Source: Ophelia neglecta (lineage: Eukaryota). From it: a stretch of DNA of 64,000 nucleotides. Positions 15,981 through 37,771 of this stretch are shown here, piece by piece. The notes beneath the pieces were generated by a model. It did not search any database, was not told where the DNA came from, and saw only the letters and a program-made list of their open reading frames with translations. Where the stretch lies: contig OZ260665.1 in NCBI GenBank assembly GCA_965285935.1, positions 64,728,001 to 64,792,000 on the forward strand, in the 5' to 3' direction. Position numbers and translations under genes: made by a program. The number at the start of each line of letters is the position of its first letter. Positions within the stretch are counted from its first letter, which is position 1.

Positions 15981-17579
15981 GTAGGTTATTTTAGTATACC
16001 CAAACTCTAATATGCTGGTTGCAACAGTAGATATAGGCCTATGTGTGTCAGCTGGAGGAAAATGAAGAACGCGTGCGATTGAAAGGAAATATTAACTGCT
16101 CTCTCTATATATTTTTTTCTTCTATTATTCTACTTATAAGGCCACATTAATGGCGCTTGACGATTTCTTCCATTTTAAAATTTTAATGTTCGCAAAGGTA
16201 GTTCTAGATTCACGAAAAACAGTATATAATAGGTATATATAGTCCATTTACATTTAATTGAAACAGTATGACCACCGGTATTATATTTTGGTTAAATAGT
16301 ATAAACAAAATAAAAGTATGTATTTCGTAAAGCATGTTGATTAAATGCTAACTGTTGTATTTTGTAACCAGTATAACGGAGAGAAAATAAGACATAAACC
16401 TAACTGTTTACTTTGTCAGTCTGCCAGCTGGAACATCCCTTTGTTATACAAATGACAACACAGAATATTTCGGAAATAATTCTTATTTCTAACTCTTCCA
16501 CTTCACAGCAGTTTCAGAAAATTTTATTTTCTTGTAAACCAACCGATATAAATGCAGTCAATCGTGAATTTAGTATAATGATGATATTTATTCATTCTGG
16601 GCCCCAGGCCCTAATAGACTAATCAGGAGAGGTCATATTATATTATAAATACATGTTTTATGCTAACAAATGAATTATAAATAAATTTTACAAAGTGTTC
16701 AAATAACTAATAATAGAAGAATAAAAGATATATATTTTTTTATATAAATCATATATATACAGAATGATAATAATTATTAATGTTTACAGTCAAATATTAC
16801 AATGTTAACGTTATCTTACAACTATCCCATTATGTTTTAATTGGGGTCGGCAAGCACCCATTTAGCTCCATCTTGGCCATTCATGTGTCATGTAATACAT
16901 TTATGCCTAATATATTTACTAACGATGCTCCTAAATTCAATATAATCTTCCACATATTGAACTGGTGGTTTGTACTCTTTAGACCTGCTGTGAGAAACAT
17001 TTAATCACACCAAGGACTTTTACAACTTAATAAAATACCTTGTGCGCAATATGTTTGGGAAATTTAGTGGCATTGCATGTAGGCCTAAACAATGGAACTA
17101 AGTCCATTTTCCACCATTTTATTGCATGGCATTGTATAGGCCTGGACCCTAGCTATTCACCCTCTATTTATTTTCCCAGCCGACCTTAGGGACTGTTCCA
17201 TATTAACATTTGGCCGGGGGTGGGAGGGGGGGGGGGAATTAGAATCGTCGTAGGGGATCAATTGAAATTACTTTGACATTCTTAATGAGCACGCCCAAGA
17301 CTTGGTGACTCCACATTCCTCTTATTTGTGGCATTTGTACTGCAGCGTTCTAGCCTAGGCTTTTATAAGCTATGATTGGTTTCTAACAGAGCACACTAGG
17401 TATTATAAATTTTTAAATGTTCTGCTGAGGTTAGTATTATCAAATAATTTGGATAGCTATTAAATCGAACTCTATGTGCTGATATTGTCATAATTTTGTT
17501 TGAAATGTGAACTTATAATAGTTAATACGTTGTTTTCCTCCTCACTAGGTGGCTGTTTCATTTATCGGGATCAAGTGTG

Positions 17580-26255
<8,676 letters not shown>

Positions 26256-28592
26256 AACTGGAAGAAACATACTTGCTGGTTAAAAGCGATATCCAACTCT
26301 TCGCCTGCAGCTCCTAGACTTATAAGCTATTCTTATTTTAAGAATTTAAATACGCTGCGAAAATAGATTGTTATGAGCGATTTGCTTTGTGTTGGTTATA
26401 TAAAACCAAATATTCACAATATAGGAAATTGATTTACTATCAAGATGACCAAGGGGTAACTTTGACACACACCTCAAATGTCGCAAGGAATAAAAAGTAA
26501 ATGTATACAGTATTCACTTTGTTGTTTCTGATTTAATATACACATTGAACAGCGTTGGACTCAAAGTCGACTCAACTAGTTATTTACCCGATCGGCATTC
26601 TCTTTGAATAGAGTATCAACTCTGTAATTGCGATCATTCACCAATTATACTTTTATTATCGTAGTGTCGTAGAGTTAAACTCGCGTTATTTAGCTAAATA
26701 ATTAGCTAATTGAACAAATGCGTCAGATGAACCAATTCTCACATTTTAACATACGGATATTTAGCTTATGCAAATGGCGGCCAAGCAAAAGGCGGTTGCA
26801 TGTATCATCAGTATACAATAAGAGTAAATCGTTTAAAGTATCTACGTCTCTTCTGATCAGCATATTTTCCTTACTTATTCATCAGGGTTCTGAAATAAGT
26901 GTGTTTAGTTAATTTTTTTTAATTATCCGGCAAGATGCTTTGTTGCAAGTCGACCTGACATGCGTAGCTCTAGATCTAGCTTAGTAACATATTGAACTCA
27001 GTCATGCCGTGAGTGTTGCAACTTTTATGATACTTCATCTTCAAGGATAACTTCTACAAAATTAAAAGGCGAGAGTGGATAGCCGGAAGACAAACGGAAA
27101 TAGTTGATCAAATTAATCGGTCAGAAATCATAAGCAACCAACGCACAGTCTCCGTTACCCTAATAGTAAATGAGTTTATGAAAAAATTGATAATTATACA
27201 TTAAATTTAATATCACTTGCAAGGTGAATGGTAACAGAAGAAGAAAATGTATGCCGTCAAATGTATCCTTTATAAAGGCAGTCCCATTTGAAGCAAAAAT
27301 ATATATCATTTTAATATTTATGAATAGAGTATGAATTAGTTTTTATAGAATGTATTGAGTTGTTTAGCATATATTTTTTCATTAATCGGAAATAGACGCC
27401 TCCCATCTCAGACACAAGCTATGCGAAAGGGAATTGAAAATAAAAATTGGAATCAACTGGCAATATAGGAGTAAACTTAACTTTAACAACATCTGTCCAT
27501 TCGACAAAATTAAATATTCTATGTTCATTCAAGTAAAACCTAAGTTAGTTCAACAAACATTGCTCGTGTGTTTCCCAAATAGTTGTCCATTGAACTTTGT
27601 CTTTTTTTTTCATTCAGCAAACTAAAATATGAGTGAAATGTTGACCTAACATTGGCTTGTGTTGGCTCAACAAACAGTACTCGCGTTCACTTAACAATTA
27701 CCCAGCAAATCTCCTATGTTCAATCAACAAAACACTGTTGTAAGACTGGTTGGTTACACAGACATAGGAAAATTTGTTAGTTCAAGAAGGATATATTTCT
27801 TACAGTTTTACAATACAGTGGCTGCCTGAGAGTTGCCTTAAATATTACGGCGCTTTCATGATATATGGGCAACACTTTCCCAGCGACATACACTACAAGA
27901 TAACTCTAGTTTTCCTTTTACATTAAGACAGAATACATGAAAACATTTATTCAGAATTTTGCTTTGAAATGAGTCAATAACCCTAAAGGGCGTTTCTAAT
28001 GGGTCATCAGGCCATTTTTTTCAGCAATTAATATCAAATATTGTGAACATGAAATAAACGAGCCATGAATGAGTTAATTTTTTGGTATTTTGACTATTTC
28101 TTGATTTTTCTAGGTCAGTTTTTACGACCAAATGGGAATGCAGCATAGGATTCAATATAAACTTCTTTTTCTGAAGAGATAAAAAAATATCTATAAAAGT
28201 CATTCTCAAGTGTTGTATTTATTGTTTACTTATATAGGCCTATAACTCTAAGATCCATTATCTGTTTTCATGGTGTTGATTTTCGCATGTGGTCAAGGAT
28301 CCTCATGGCCGCCTCAAATTTAAGTATCTTCTCTTATCTACAATACTCGAATCTCCTGACCCAGATGATTCCATTCGCTGCGCCTGTGACTTTCAATACA
28401 AGTCATGTACATAATTTTTTCCCGTGTTTAGCCTACAAAGTTCTTTTTACCGAATGTTTTTATGGTGTTGTTAACCTTAAAATATATCGACTTGTAAACA
28501 ATACAATCATTTATGGTACTTTAAGAGAGCGCTCAATTGTGAACTCTGCTAATAAGTGTCTGAGATATAAATTGCCTTATAAATCATTGCAG

Positions 28593-28627
28593 TATAAATT
28601 TGTCTCAGAAGTATGAAGGCCTCAGAT
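28593..28627 (+). promoter_or_regulatory. Candidate TATA + Inr core promoter of the temptin-monooxygenase gene
   Basis: TATAAA at 28593-28598 lies 31 bp upstream of the A in TCAGAT (28622-28627) and about 150 bp upstream of the ATG at 28743. Confidence 0.45.
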
Positions 28628-28742
28628 GAGTTGCACTCATGAATTAGACCAGGTGCCATAAGTGCGCAGTTCTTCAATTCTCTGCTGGCCTTAAGATATT
28701 TGGTGGAGGAGTAAGCCTTAAACTTCACTTAAAAGAGGAGAC

Positions 28743-31700
28743 ATGCCGCGCAAGGTAAGATCGCGTTTTGTTATACTTTTGCTCGTGGACTATTAGAAAT
28801 GTCTGAATTCTGAATTAAAATCTTTAGGAGAGTCGGTTTCACAATATATTATTTTAGTTTGCCTTAGTTTGCACATTCTCTTTGTATTTGTAGTTTCTTA
28901 AACTTCTTGCATGCCTTATATTGATGTGGAATTATTGACTCATTGATTTGTAAAATAATTTGAAGTGTTATTCCAAAGCACATCTCCTCCCGCTAATATA
29001 AGTGTAACTGCTAGGTTGAGTGCACATTTGTTAGACAATACCAGCACGAGTCTTAAAATGGCAATTATCATTTCATCTTCCTTTTATTCAAAAAATCTTT
29101 TTGAAACAAAAAAAATACATTTTAACTAACTAAACACTTCGCTGTAGCCTGTGAATAAACTGTCGTCTGCGCCCAGCTCGTTTATCCCTCAGTGGGCGCA
29201 AAAAGCATCGTATATTTCAAGTAGGCCAATGTAATTATGTATGTACTTGTATTCCATCCCAGGTGCGGTTTGTTTGAATTGGCGCGTGTTTGTCTGCTTA
29301 AACAAAACGTGTAACTGCCACACCCTCAGCATGTAGTATAACGACTGTCTTTAAAATGATTGTAGATCTATTCGATGGTGATTTGGTTAGGCTACCTCTC
29401 CCTGGCAGAGGGGTATCAAATGTACCAAGACAGGATACCTAATGGGCCAAGAGTTCCCCACCCTTGTTATGATGAGTACGTATGGCAGGGGATTGGGCAT
29501 CTTAACCAGTTCGGGGGCGGCTCCAGAAACCCGTTCGGAGATGACTTCAATAAAAATGGAAAGGTAATACCGAAAAATTGCTTGTTTCTAAATTCAAACT
29601 CTGCATGCTGCATTATTATCTCGTTTAAGATTTAATTAATTATCGTTATGTAATGATCACTGTATAGTTAAAATATGGTTCAGGAGGTTAATTGATCATG
29701 CACAAGCATAAACGCTTGTTAAAATGGCACAAAAGAAGGAACCTCAAGTAAAACAAACACATCAAAAGACAGGATAACACCTTAAGGCTTATTTCCAAAG
29801 TGGTCCTTCAAAATATAGGCTTACACTTAAAGCTGCACACTTATAAATACCCTGATACATCACAGGTGCTTATATTAAAAGTAAAAGTATAAACAATTCG
29901 ACTGGTGATAAAAAATTCTAAAGCCTCGTTTCTGACAATTTGGTCTAAATAATAATGCTTGAAAAAAGTTTAGAAATATTGGAACATGATACCCTTCTGA
30001 CTGGCAGGTCATTCCAGAGCTTAGCACCAGTAAATGCAAAACTAGATTTACCACAAGAACCAACTCTGGGCAGAATTACATTATAAGAATTGCTCCTCGT
30101 GGAATAATTGTGAGAAATTTTACTGTGGGTACAGATGAATGTTAGGGCCGGATAAAATGATTTATTATGCTTATTAAGAGTCATGAAAATTTCTTACCAT
30201 CTCTTTTAATAATAAAATATAAGGGTCTATTTCGATGTCAAGATATGTACGTATCTACTAGGTATGGGATGAATGTCTGTGTAAGAAGGATTCGGATGGT
30301 GACGGGCGTACTAATGGAGAGGAACTAGGTGATCCTAACTGTGTATGGAACCAGGGGACGCTGCCAGAACATACCACTGGCATAACACACCCAGGTAAGC
30401 CCAGCCCACCCAACATTAAACATTTTATCAAACGTTTTGAAAAAAGTTAACCACAAACGTTTATAAAATACGTGTATAATAGATTTAAAAACGTTTTTAA
30501 CTTTCTTAATTGCTGTTAAAAAAGGTAAACACAAAACTTTCAGAAAAAAAACGTCAAATGAATGTTTTAAACACCTATTTAATTTGTAATAAAATGGTGA
30601 GTCACGAACATTTAAGGCAAACGTGAAGTCATATTATATAGCACTGTATCAAACGTTTTAAAGTGGAATGAAATGGTTAATGAGAAATGTTTAGAGAAAA
30701 CGTTTTAGAAATAATTTTAATTTTCTAAATAAGTGTTAAAAAGTAAAGTTCTCTTGAAACATTTAGAATAAAAAGGTTTAAATAACGTTTGAAATGCAAT
30801 TTTTATTATGAAATAAGAAATGCAATTTTTATTATGAAATAATAAGGTTACCGCAAACGTTTAAGGCAAACGCGAATAAAACTTTATATAGCACATTTTA
30901 TGAAACGTTTTAATGAAGAAATCCTTTTTAACCACAATCGTTTAGACAAAAGTTGAAAAAATGCTTAAAAACATTTTAATTATTTCAATAAGTATCAAAC
31001 ACTCGAAACTTTAAGTGTTAAACGTTTACAGGGTACCGGGAAATTCAAACCACCGATAATAAAAAAGAAACTTTCTAAACACGCTGTCTGTACAAAGAGG
31101 CCAGTTTTACCTGGCCCGGAGGTGGTCCGAATTAAGAGGATACCTTTCATTGATAGGCATATCTATATTTATATCTACAAAAAGTAGGCCCATGTTTTGT
31201 TTTGAATATTTTTGTGTTTATGTCTGCTGACATTATCTATATCCGTCAGCTCTCCAAATCATGAGACCATTGGACATGGACCGTGCGACTGACCTGTTTT
31301 ATCCTATTATCATTTCGCTATTTTTTTATTGTAATTTTGAATCATTGTTACTACTAAAAGATTACCCAAGCAGTAGTAACGGGTAGTTTTGCTCATGGTT
31401 CTAACACCAGATCACTACTACAGTTGTTTATTTTCATTCATGGTTACGACTGCGCGCGCATCTACGATTTTGAGACATTCGCGCGCATGTACCATTCTGA
31501 GACATGCGCGCGCATGTACCATTCTGAGACATGCGCGCGCATGTACCATTCTGAGACATGCGCGCGCATGTACGTTTTTGTTATAGGATTTTTTACTATG
31601 CTTCTTTGTTCTAAAAAATGGCGCAAAAAAGCACAACTATTTGCACAACTTTCTACCATATTTTTAACTTATGGTGTTGGAAAAGTACAGTTACGTTTTA

Positions 31701-34700
31701 TTATAACATGTTTATTCACTTATGAAATATTATTTTTGTAATAACTTGTCTACTATATATCACATGTTGGGGTAAAGTTTCTATAATGGGATCAAATAAA
31801 GTATATTGTCATTTGTTTAATGTTCAATTTAGATTGCTTTTAGATGTGTGTAAATCACCTGAGATGTGCAGCGTAAAAAGTTTTGTAAACCTTTATGCCA
31901 TAAAAAAAGTATGTTCAAGAAAGCTACAAAGTATGTTCTAGGAAACTAGAAAGCTATGGCATGCTTGATTAATTTGTGTAAAAGTATAGCTTTTATCATT
32001 TATGGCAGTGTTGCCCCATTAAATAAACTTTGTTAATAGTTGGAAAATATTGTATTTATATTATTTAAATGTTTGAAAGAAGAAAGAAATATTGAAAACG
32101 CATTTAAGGAATAATATTGTGAATGTTTTTAAAAGGTTAACATATGTTAAAAAGAGCCAACAGAAGACGTTTGAGGAAAAACCTTATAAAACTGCATGTT
32201 AAAAATGGTTCTAAAAAACGTAACAAATTAATGTTAAATAACAATTTATCTGGGTTTTTTCAAACGTTTATATGTTTTGAAAAAAAAAACATTTTAAAGA
32301 CATTTAAAACACGTTTCTTGGCTTGGTGTTTTAACATCAATGGATGGCGAAAAAAATTGTTAGGTTAGCTGATATTTTATTATTCTTTAGACTGGATAGC
32401 CCTAACCGCTTACGCGGTATTTCATAGGGGACCAGTTAATAAGTACAAATGATACAAGAGTGGAAAAATATAATTATACTAAAGCATCTGTAGTAATAGG
32501 GAGTCAAGCCCATTATTTTGATACAGGGAAAGATTCGGTATGTACAAATATAAAACTATCCCTACTATATACATAAGAAAACACTGTAGCACATTCAGGC
32601 AAATTCAATTATTTAATTACTCAATGCGTATAATTATATGTATACCCTTGAGATTCCCATTTTAATCAAACGTTTGTTTTAGGTCTATGCGAGCCAACAG
32701 ACAGTGCAGCGTGCGTTGAGAAAAATGAAGCATTTGGCGACTTTTGCGTCCGCCCGGTGTCTGAGTGTGACTTAAGCAGTATGACTGGTTGGTATTTCTT
32801 TAACTAGTTGTTAGAAATGGTGTTTCTGTTCAACTTGTTTAACGTTTAATGACTTTAACTTGTGTAAAAAGAATAAAGGAAACAACGAGGCGAAAGGCTT
32901 GTTTCGCATCATGGGAGTTAGACCTTCTTTGCAGTGGTAGGAATACATTTATTTTGGGTTTAATTTATAGTAGGTCTATCATCGAGTAAAAGTAAAGAAT
33001 GCCAAGTGCAATTTCTATTATTGTATATAATAACTGTTGTTTATTGTTGAATTCAAACATATGTAGTCTATCTATATTTGCATGAAGGCATGTCTAGAGA
33101 ATTTCATTCGGGCCTAATATTACTGGCCAGCTACGCATGTTTGTGATTGGCCAAGTAGACTCCCTTTTGCTGGGCGCTGCTGGTTGCTTATCGCCTGGGG
33201 GGGAAGTGGAGGGGGTAAGGGGGAGTTGCACTAAAAGGAAGATGGGGGAAGGCAATTTTTTTCCTACTTTACGAGGGGATTTACCTTAGGCCAAATTGGG
33301 GGGGGGGGGGGGAGGGGAGTGGAGGGGTAACTAGAATTTGATAGAAACTTGTTTTTATATTTTCCCATATATACTAAGTTAGACCCATTATCTCCTCACT
33401 GCTCGAAAAAGACAGTAAAATCAAAGTGTTTGTGTATAGTTATACTACCTAATTAACAAGCAATTGAACTTTACTAACCAGGCAGCTTTTATCGCTTTTT
33501 CTTCACTTCAGATGTCAGAACAATGACTTTAAGGATAAATAACACCGAGGTTTGTTCATACATCATTCATTTTTCGATACAAATTTGTTATACACACTAT
33601 TCTATATATGAGGGGTCTAAATACTGTGCTCCTCCATGAACATAAAATAGCACATTTGAAGCATGGAATAGAAGGGGGAATTGCATCCATTTTATAAGTT
33701 TTCTTTTAATCCAGGTACCAACTGTAGGAACAAAGTTCTACTGTGCCCTATTTGCCCTCCCTTCCGACCAGGACTATCATATCGTGGCCACGGAGGCCAT
33801 CATTAACAATACAAACGTGCTCCACCACCTTTCCATGTTTGCCTGCGAAGACTCCGTAGATATTGAAGGTGGGTAAGCAGATAGTTAGATTGGCATTACC
33901 CACAAGTAAGAGGAATATCAAATGATCTATTATATGTTGTATTATAATAGGAATATATATGTTCATTTTTAAATTAAAAGTGCACAAGAAATGTTCATAC
34001 ATGCTACCGATTTTAAGAGTGCGGTTATACAATTTCACCACAGCAGTTGAAATTTGTTAGCAACTTTTTAGTTGGGAGGGGTCGTGAAAACATCGCGGGG
34101 AAAATATAAGCAAACTTTGTTTTGAGACAAATCGTTCCAATCATATATAGAAATTCATCATGGTTATAAATATAGTTTCGTCGTGATTGCATGTACATGT
34201 ACCGTCCATCAACTTTACGGATTGCAGGTGATGCCCTATTAAACAATTAAATAAACTAGAGCTCATAATTATATCGTTCCTTTGAACAGACGACCCTCCT
34301 TCTACTGAGGCCTCCCTACTTATGCAGGGAGAATGTCGGGGCCCGGGGATGCCACGATGTAGCATCTACTACCCCGGATGGACCTTCGGAGATCGGGATG
34401 GCCATTGTAGTGAAGGCAAATCATATGGGTATCGGTTTGGGAAATCATCTTACAAAAGGATCGGTTTTGAAGTAATTTAAATGTCTAACTTTGGCCCTTT
34501 ACGTGAAAAAAAAACAGTCGGAATTTCGACTTAAACGCGTTTATGTATAGGCCGCCCACCGAATCAACAGCGACTCTTCTGACCATTCTTGGAAGCCAAT
34601 ACTTCTTTCAGAAATTATGTAAGAAGTTGATGATAGGTGACCAAAAGTAATCCGAGCTTAAAATTATTCATTTTACTTTGAGTATTCGAGATCAGCCTAT

Positions 34701-37700
34701 ATATTTGGACGTTAAAACTTCACTTCTTCGACAGTAGGCTAATGACCGGAACAAACGGTGTAATATTATTTCGTTTGCAACCTCTAGCGAATAATGCGAC
34801 AGCTTCGACTCAAGTTACCAAAAGGAACTCAGTATTATTTATATAACATTGGCCTTTAGTCCTACTACCCGTCAATTAAAACATGTAACGTTACAAAGTG
34901 TGCACTTCTTCACCAATGAACATATCTACATTACGAGGAAAAAAATTGTTTATATGAAAATACCATTTGATTAAAGAGCAGTTTGACATAGATCCATGCA
35001 GATGGACTTTTCTGTACACCCTACCTCCAACTGCGGAAATGATTCTCAGCCATCTGGGAGGTGATAGGTATATTTGAAGGTCAGAGCGCACCATGGTTCC
35101 CATGAAAGCCCCTGCCTTTGCATTTCTGTGCTGTCAATATACATGTATCCTGCTTCTGCCGTTAAAACCCTGTTCCTCCTGCAATTACTAATTAATATAT
35201 ATATATATTCCGATTTTCGCAGTATCATTGGTCGAATCCCGAAGAGATTGAAGGTTTTTGGGACAGTTCTGGATTCATTTTTTCCTATACTCCGGTGTTA
35301 CTGGAGCATGATGTGGGCATTCTGGTTCTAGGGCCCGTGGGCTTTTATTTGCCGCCAGGGCAACCTGCGTTCAAGGTGACCGGGAAACTCCGGGCGGAGT
35401 GCTTTAATCTCACGGCCCCCGTCCAAATCTTCGCTACCCATACACATATGCACTACCAAGGTCTGTATAAATGTTATAAGCCATCTAATCAGAGAAATTA
35501 TAATAGTTCAAGTTTCCCTAGGTCCCTAATATGAAGTAGTACCCCTTTATCTAAATTCTATAGTTGTAAACATGACCCGACATTGCCTACATTGACACTG
35601 TCTTTTTGCTTGCAACATTAAGCTTATCAAATAGATTACCTGTTTGAGTCTGTGACTTTAATTTTATGTTCTTCCACCAACTATATACCATTCCCTTTTT
35701 TAAACAATAGTTCCATTTTTCACAATAAACATTACGTGGGACCGTGGAGGACAATGATTAGATGTTTCGTTCTTTGTAGGTCGTAAGGCGAAGGAGAAGG
35801 TGTATCGTGACGGCCAAGAAATCACCTTCCTAGACGTCGACTCCTGGCTCTGGGATAGTCCCACAATCGTCTAGTAAAAGATATTCTCTTGGATAAACCG
35901 GATTATTGATATCAAATTGTATAGCGCTATTTAAATTTCAAAACTCATACGGACAAGAGGGGAGGTGGTAACAAACCCATAATTTGTAGATACGCCCCTT
36001 GGTATGTCGAAATCTTTTTTAACTTATAAATGTCTATTATAGACTTAATGCTATATTTCTTTGTGTCCTCAACTGCAGCAGTTAAGACGCCATAAATGTC
36101 CCCCACGCTAACTATTCGATTAAATACAATAAAAATAATGGCCAACAACCAGAAATTTGCCAGTTAAGCTGGTAATATACCTAGTGGTTTTGCTATAGGT
36201 TACACCTGCGAACTAAACGTGCTACCCTAGGATAAAGGCGGGTTAAACCGCGCATCGTTTAATTCAATTGTAATCGGTTAATTGCGCGCAGGAAGTAGGC
36301 TTATTCCGCCCTTAGTGTACGGGCAAGCAGTTTTCATCGGAATGTATGCGCGGAATAAGGCTACTTCCTGCGCGGAATTAAACGATTAAACGAAACGGAC
36401 TTCTCCCTTTACTATCTCTGTCTATTTGCAGTCATGACCCGCCTATTGAACTGCGACCTGGAGACTCGCTGATTACAGAATGTGAATACAACACCTTGCT
36501 AGAGGATCAATTTATTTATTACGGTGGCAACGCCTGGGACGAGATGTGCTTCAATTCCCACTTTTTCTATCCACCGTTGATGTCAACATCCTATTATGGG
36601 TCTTGGCGGTAAATCTATTTCTTATTCCTGTTCTTTTATCATATCGATACTTGATTATTTGAATCCCTAAGTATAGCCCCAAACTATTCAGTCACATCCT
36701 AAATGTATGAAAATGATAATCGTTACCGTCGTTCTGGGTGTAGAAATGCAAGCCCCCCCCCCCCCCCCCCTCATTTGATAGGTAAATAGTAAACATATTT
36801 GTCTGAAAGTCGACTCCTGTCATAGCCTGAATTATAGCAAGGTCAAATCTAAAATCTCGATAAGATGCGAAAATGTGGTTTCCTTTAGACCTTAGGTTGC
36901 CGATTTACTTCTAAGCCTAACTGCTAAAAAAAAACTGAATTAATCATTTTGGTCATTTAACCTTGAAAGTAAACATCAAGGTCACATCTGAGAACTCGAT
37001 AAGATGCAAAAATGTAGTTTCCTGTAGGTTCTCAATGACTCTGAGGCTCAAACTGATAAATTAAGGCTGAAAGCATGATTGACCTATTTTACCTTAAAAG
37101 GTACGTCAAGATCAAATCTGTTAATGCCTTTAAAATCATAACATAAACGCTCCCAATACATGTTGAAGGCCTAACTGCTCAAATAAAGACGTTACGAAAA
37201 GCAAGAAGAATCGTCACTTGTTTGCCCTTATTATGACAACTTCAAACGTTTTGGGCTTCATAAAGACCCCTGAAACAAGACTGTTCCAATGCTTGGTTAG
37301 ATAAATGATTTTCCTTTTTCACCCAGGGCTGACGAATTTGAAGACGACTGTTGGAGGGCATACCCAGGTGCTACGTCAGCCACTGTGGAGGCACGTGCCA
37401 ATGCCTTGGATCTTTATAACGGCGACCAAACCCGCCCTCTGGTGGAGGATGTCCTCAACACCTGCGATAACTTAGGGGCTAAGTGTTTTCCTGGTTGTCA
37501 GGCCACCATCGACGCTGTCCTATCGTCCGGCCATCCCAGTGTCGGCACCCAGCGTGACCTTGATTACGCCCTTTACATCATCAGGGCAGTGACCCGTCAA
37601 GACAACTTTGAGTCGGCCATGAGAAGCTGTGAGTACTCCCGACATATCAGCCCCATGCGGAGAGTAGCCGGAAACACGTGTGACGACCCGGAGATCCCTA

Positions 37701-37771
37701 ATTCAGGGATTGCTATTGTGGCTAAATATATTGTCTTCATTACACTTATCACTTTTTCATTGGGAAAGTGA
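28743..37771 (+). CDS. Temptin-domain copper type II ascorbate-dependent monooxygenase (DBH/MOXD1-like, no DOMON), probably GPI-anchored, 591 aa; exons 28743-28754, 29366-29563, 30262-30394, 32683-32787, 33512-33549, 33715-33868, 34290-34471, 35223-35460, 35780-35873, 36432-36608, 37327-37771
   Basis: Signal peptide ending AEG|YQMYQDRIPNG. Temptin motifs PHPC..WQGIGH..GGGSRNPFG.DF and LCKKDSDGDGRTNGEELGDPNCVW...THPG. CuH ligands VLHHL and EYHW; CuM ligands HMH and DEMC; LRPGDSLITECEYNT. C-terminal NSG followed by a hydrophobic tail. All introns are GT-AG and phase-consistent. Confidence 0.9.
29900..30200 (-). mobile_element. 3' fragment of an L2/Crack-type LINE
   Basis: HNYSTRSNSYNVILPRVGSCGKSSFAFTGAKLWNDLP matches the typical L2/Crack ORF2 C-terminus (H.Y.TR...F...G.KLWN.LP). 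Confidence 0.7.
30400..32326. mobile_element. Degenerate AACGTT-rich non-autonomous DNA element with nested insertions
   Basis: Ends CCCAGC...GCTTGG. Recurrent AAACGTTT subrepeats in 30400-31030 and 32090-32326, with unrelated sequence between. TIRs are degenerate. Confidence 0.35.
31451..31573. repeat. 27-bp minisatellite, about 4.5 copies (TGCGCGCGCATGTACCATTCTGAGACA)
   Basis: Units start at 31451, 31478, 31505, 31532 and 31559; the repeat explains four spurious overlapping ORFs. Confidence 0.95.
36250..36395. mobile_element. Small palindromic MITE, copy 2 (monooxygenase intron)
   Basis: Starts GCGCATCGTTTAA; CGCGCAGGAAGTAGGCTTATTCCGC pairs with GCGGAATAAGGCTACTTCCTGCGCG; homologous to 19151-19344. 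Confidence 0.65.
36835..37180. repeat. Degenerate tandem repeat of about 130-140 bp (AAGGTCAAATCT...TCGATAAGATGC..AAATGT.GTTTCCT), 2-3 units
   Basis: Unit starts at about 36839, 36978 and 37108. Confidence 0.55.

Noticed and set aside
28300-28620. Possible antisense LINE remnant donating the monooxygenase TATA box
   Set aside because: Only two short motifs (MIYKAI and EWNHLGQEIR) seen by eye; too weak without a profile search.
31389-31741. Four overlapping repetitive ORFs (ARACTILRH and similar)
   Set aside because: Artefacts of a stop-free 27-bp minisatellite.
33869-33878. Stronger-looking donor GTAAGC at 33873 for monooxygenase exon 6
   Set aside because: It gives phase 2, which is incompatible with the next exon; the GTGGGT donor at 33869 preserves the frame.
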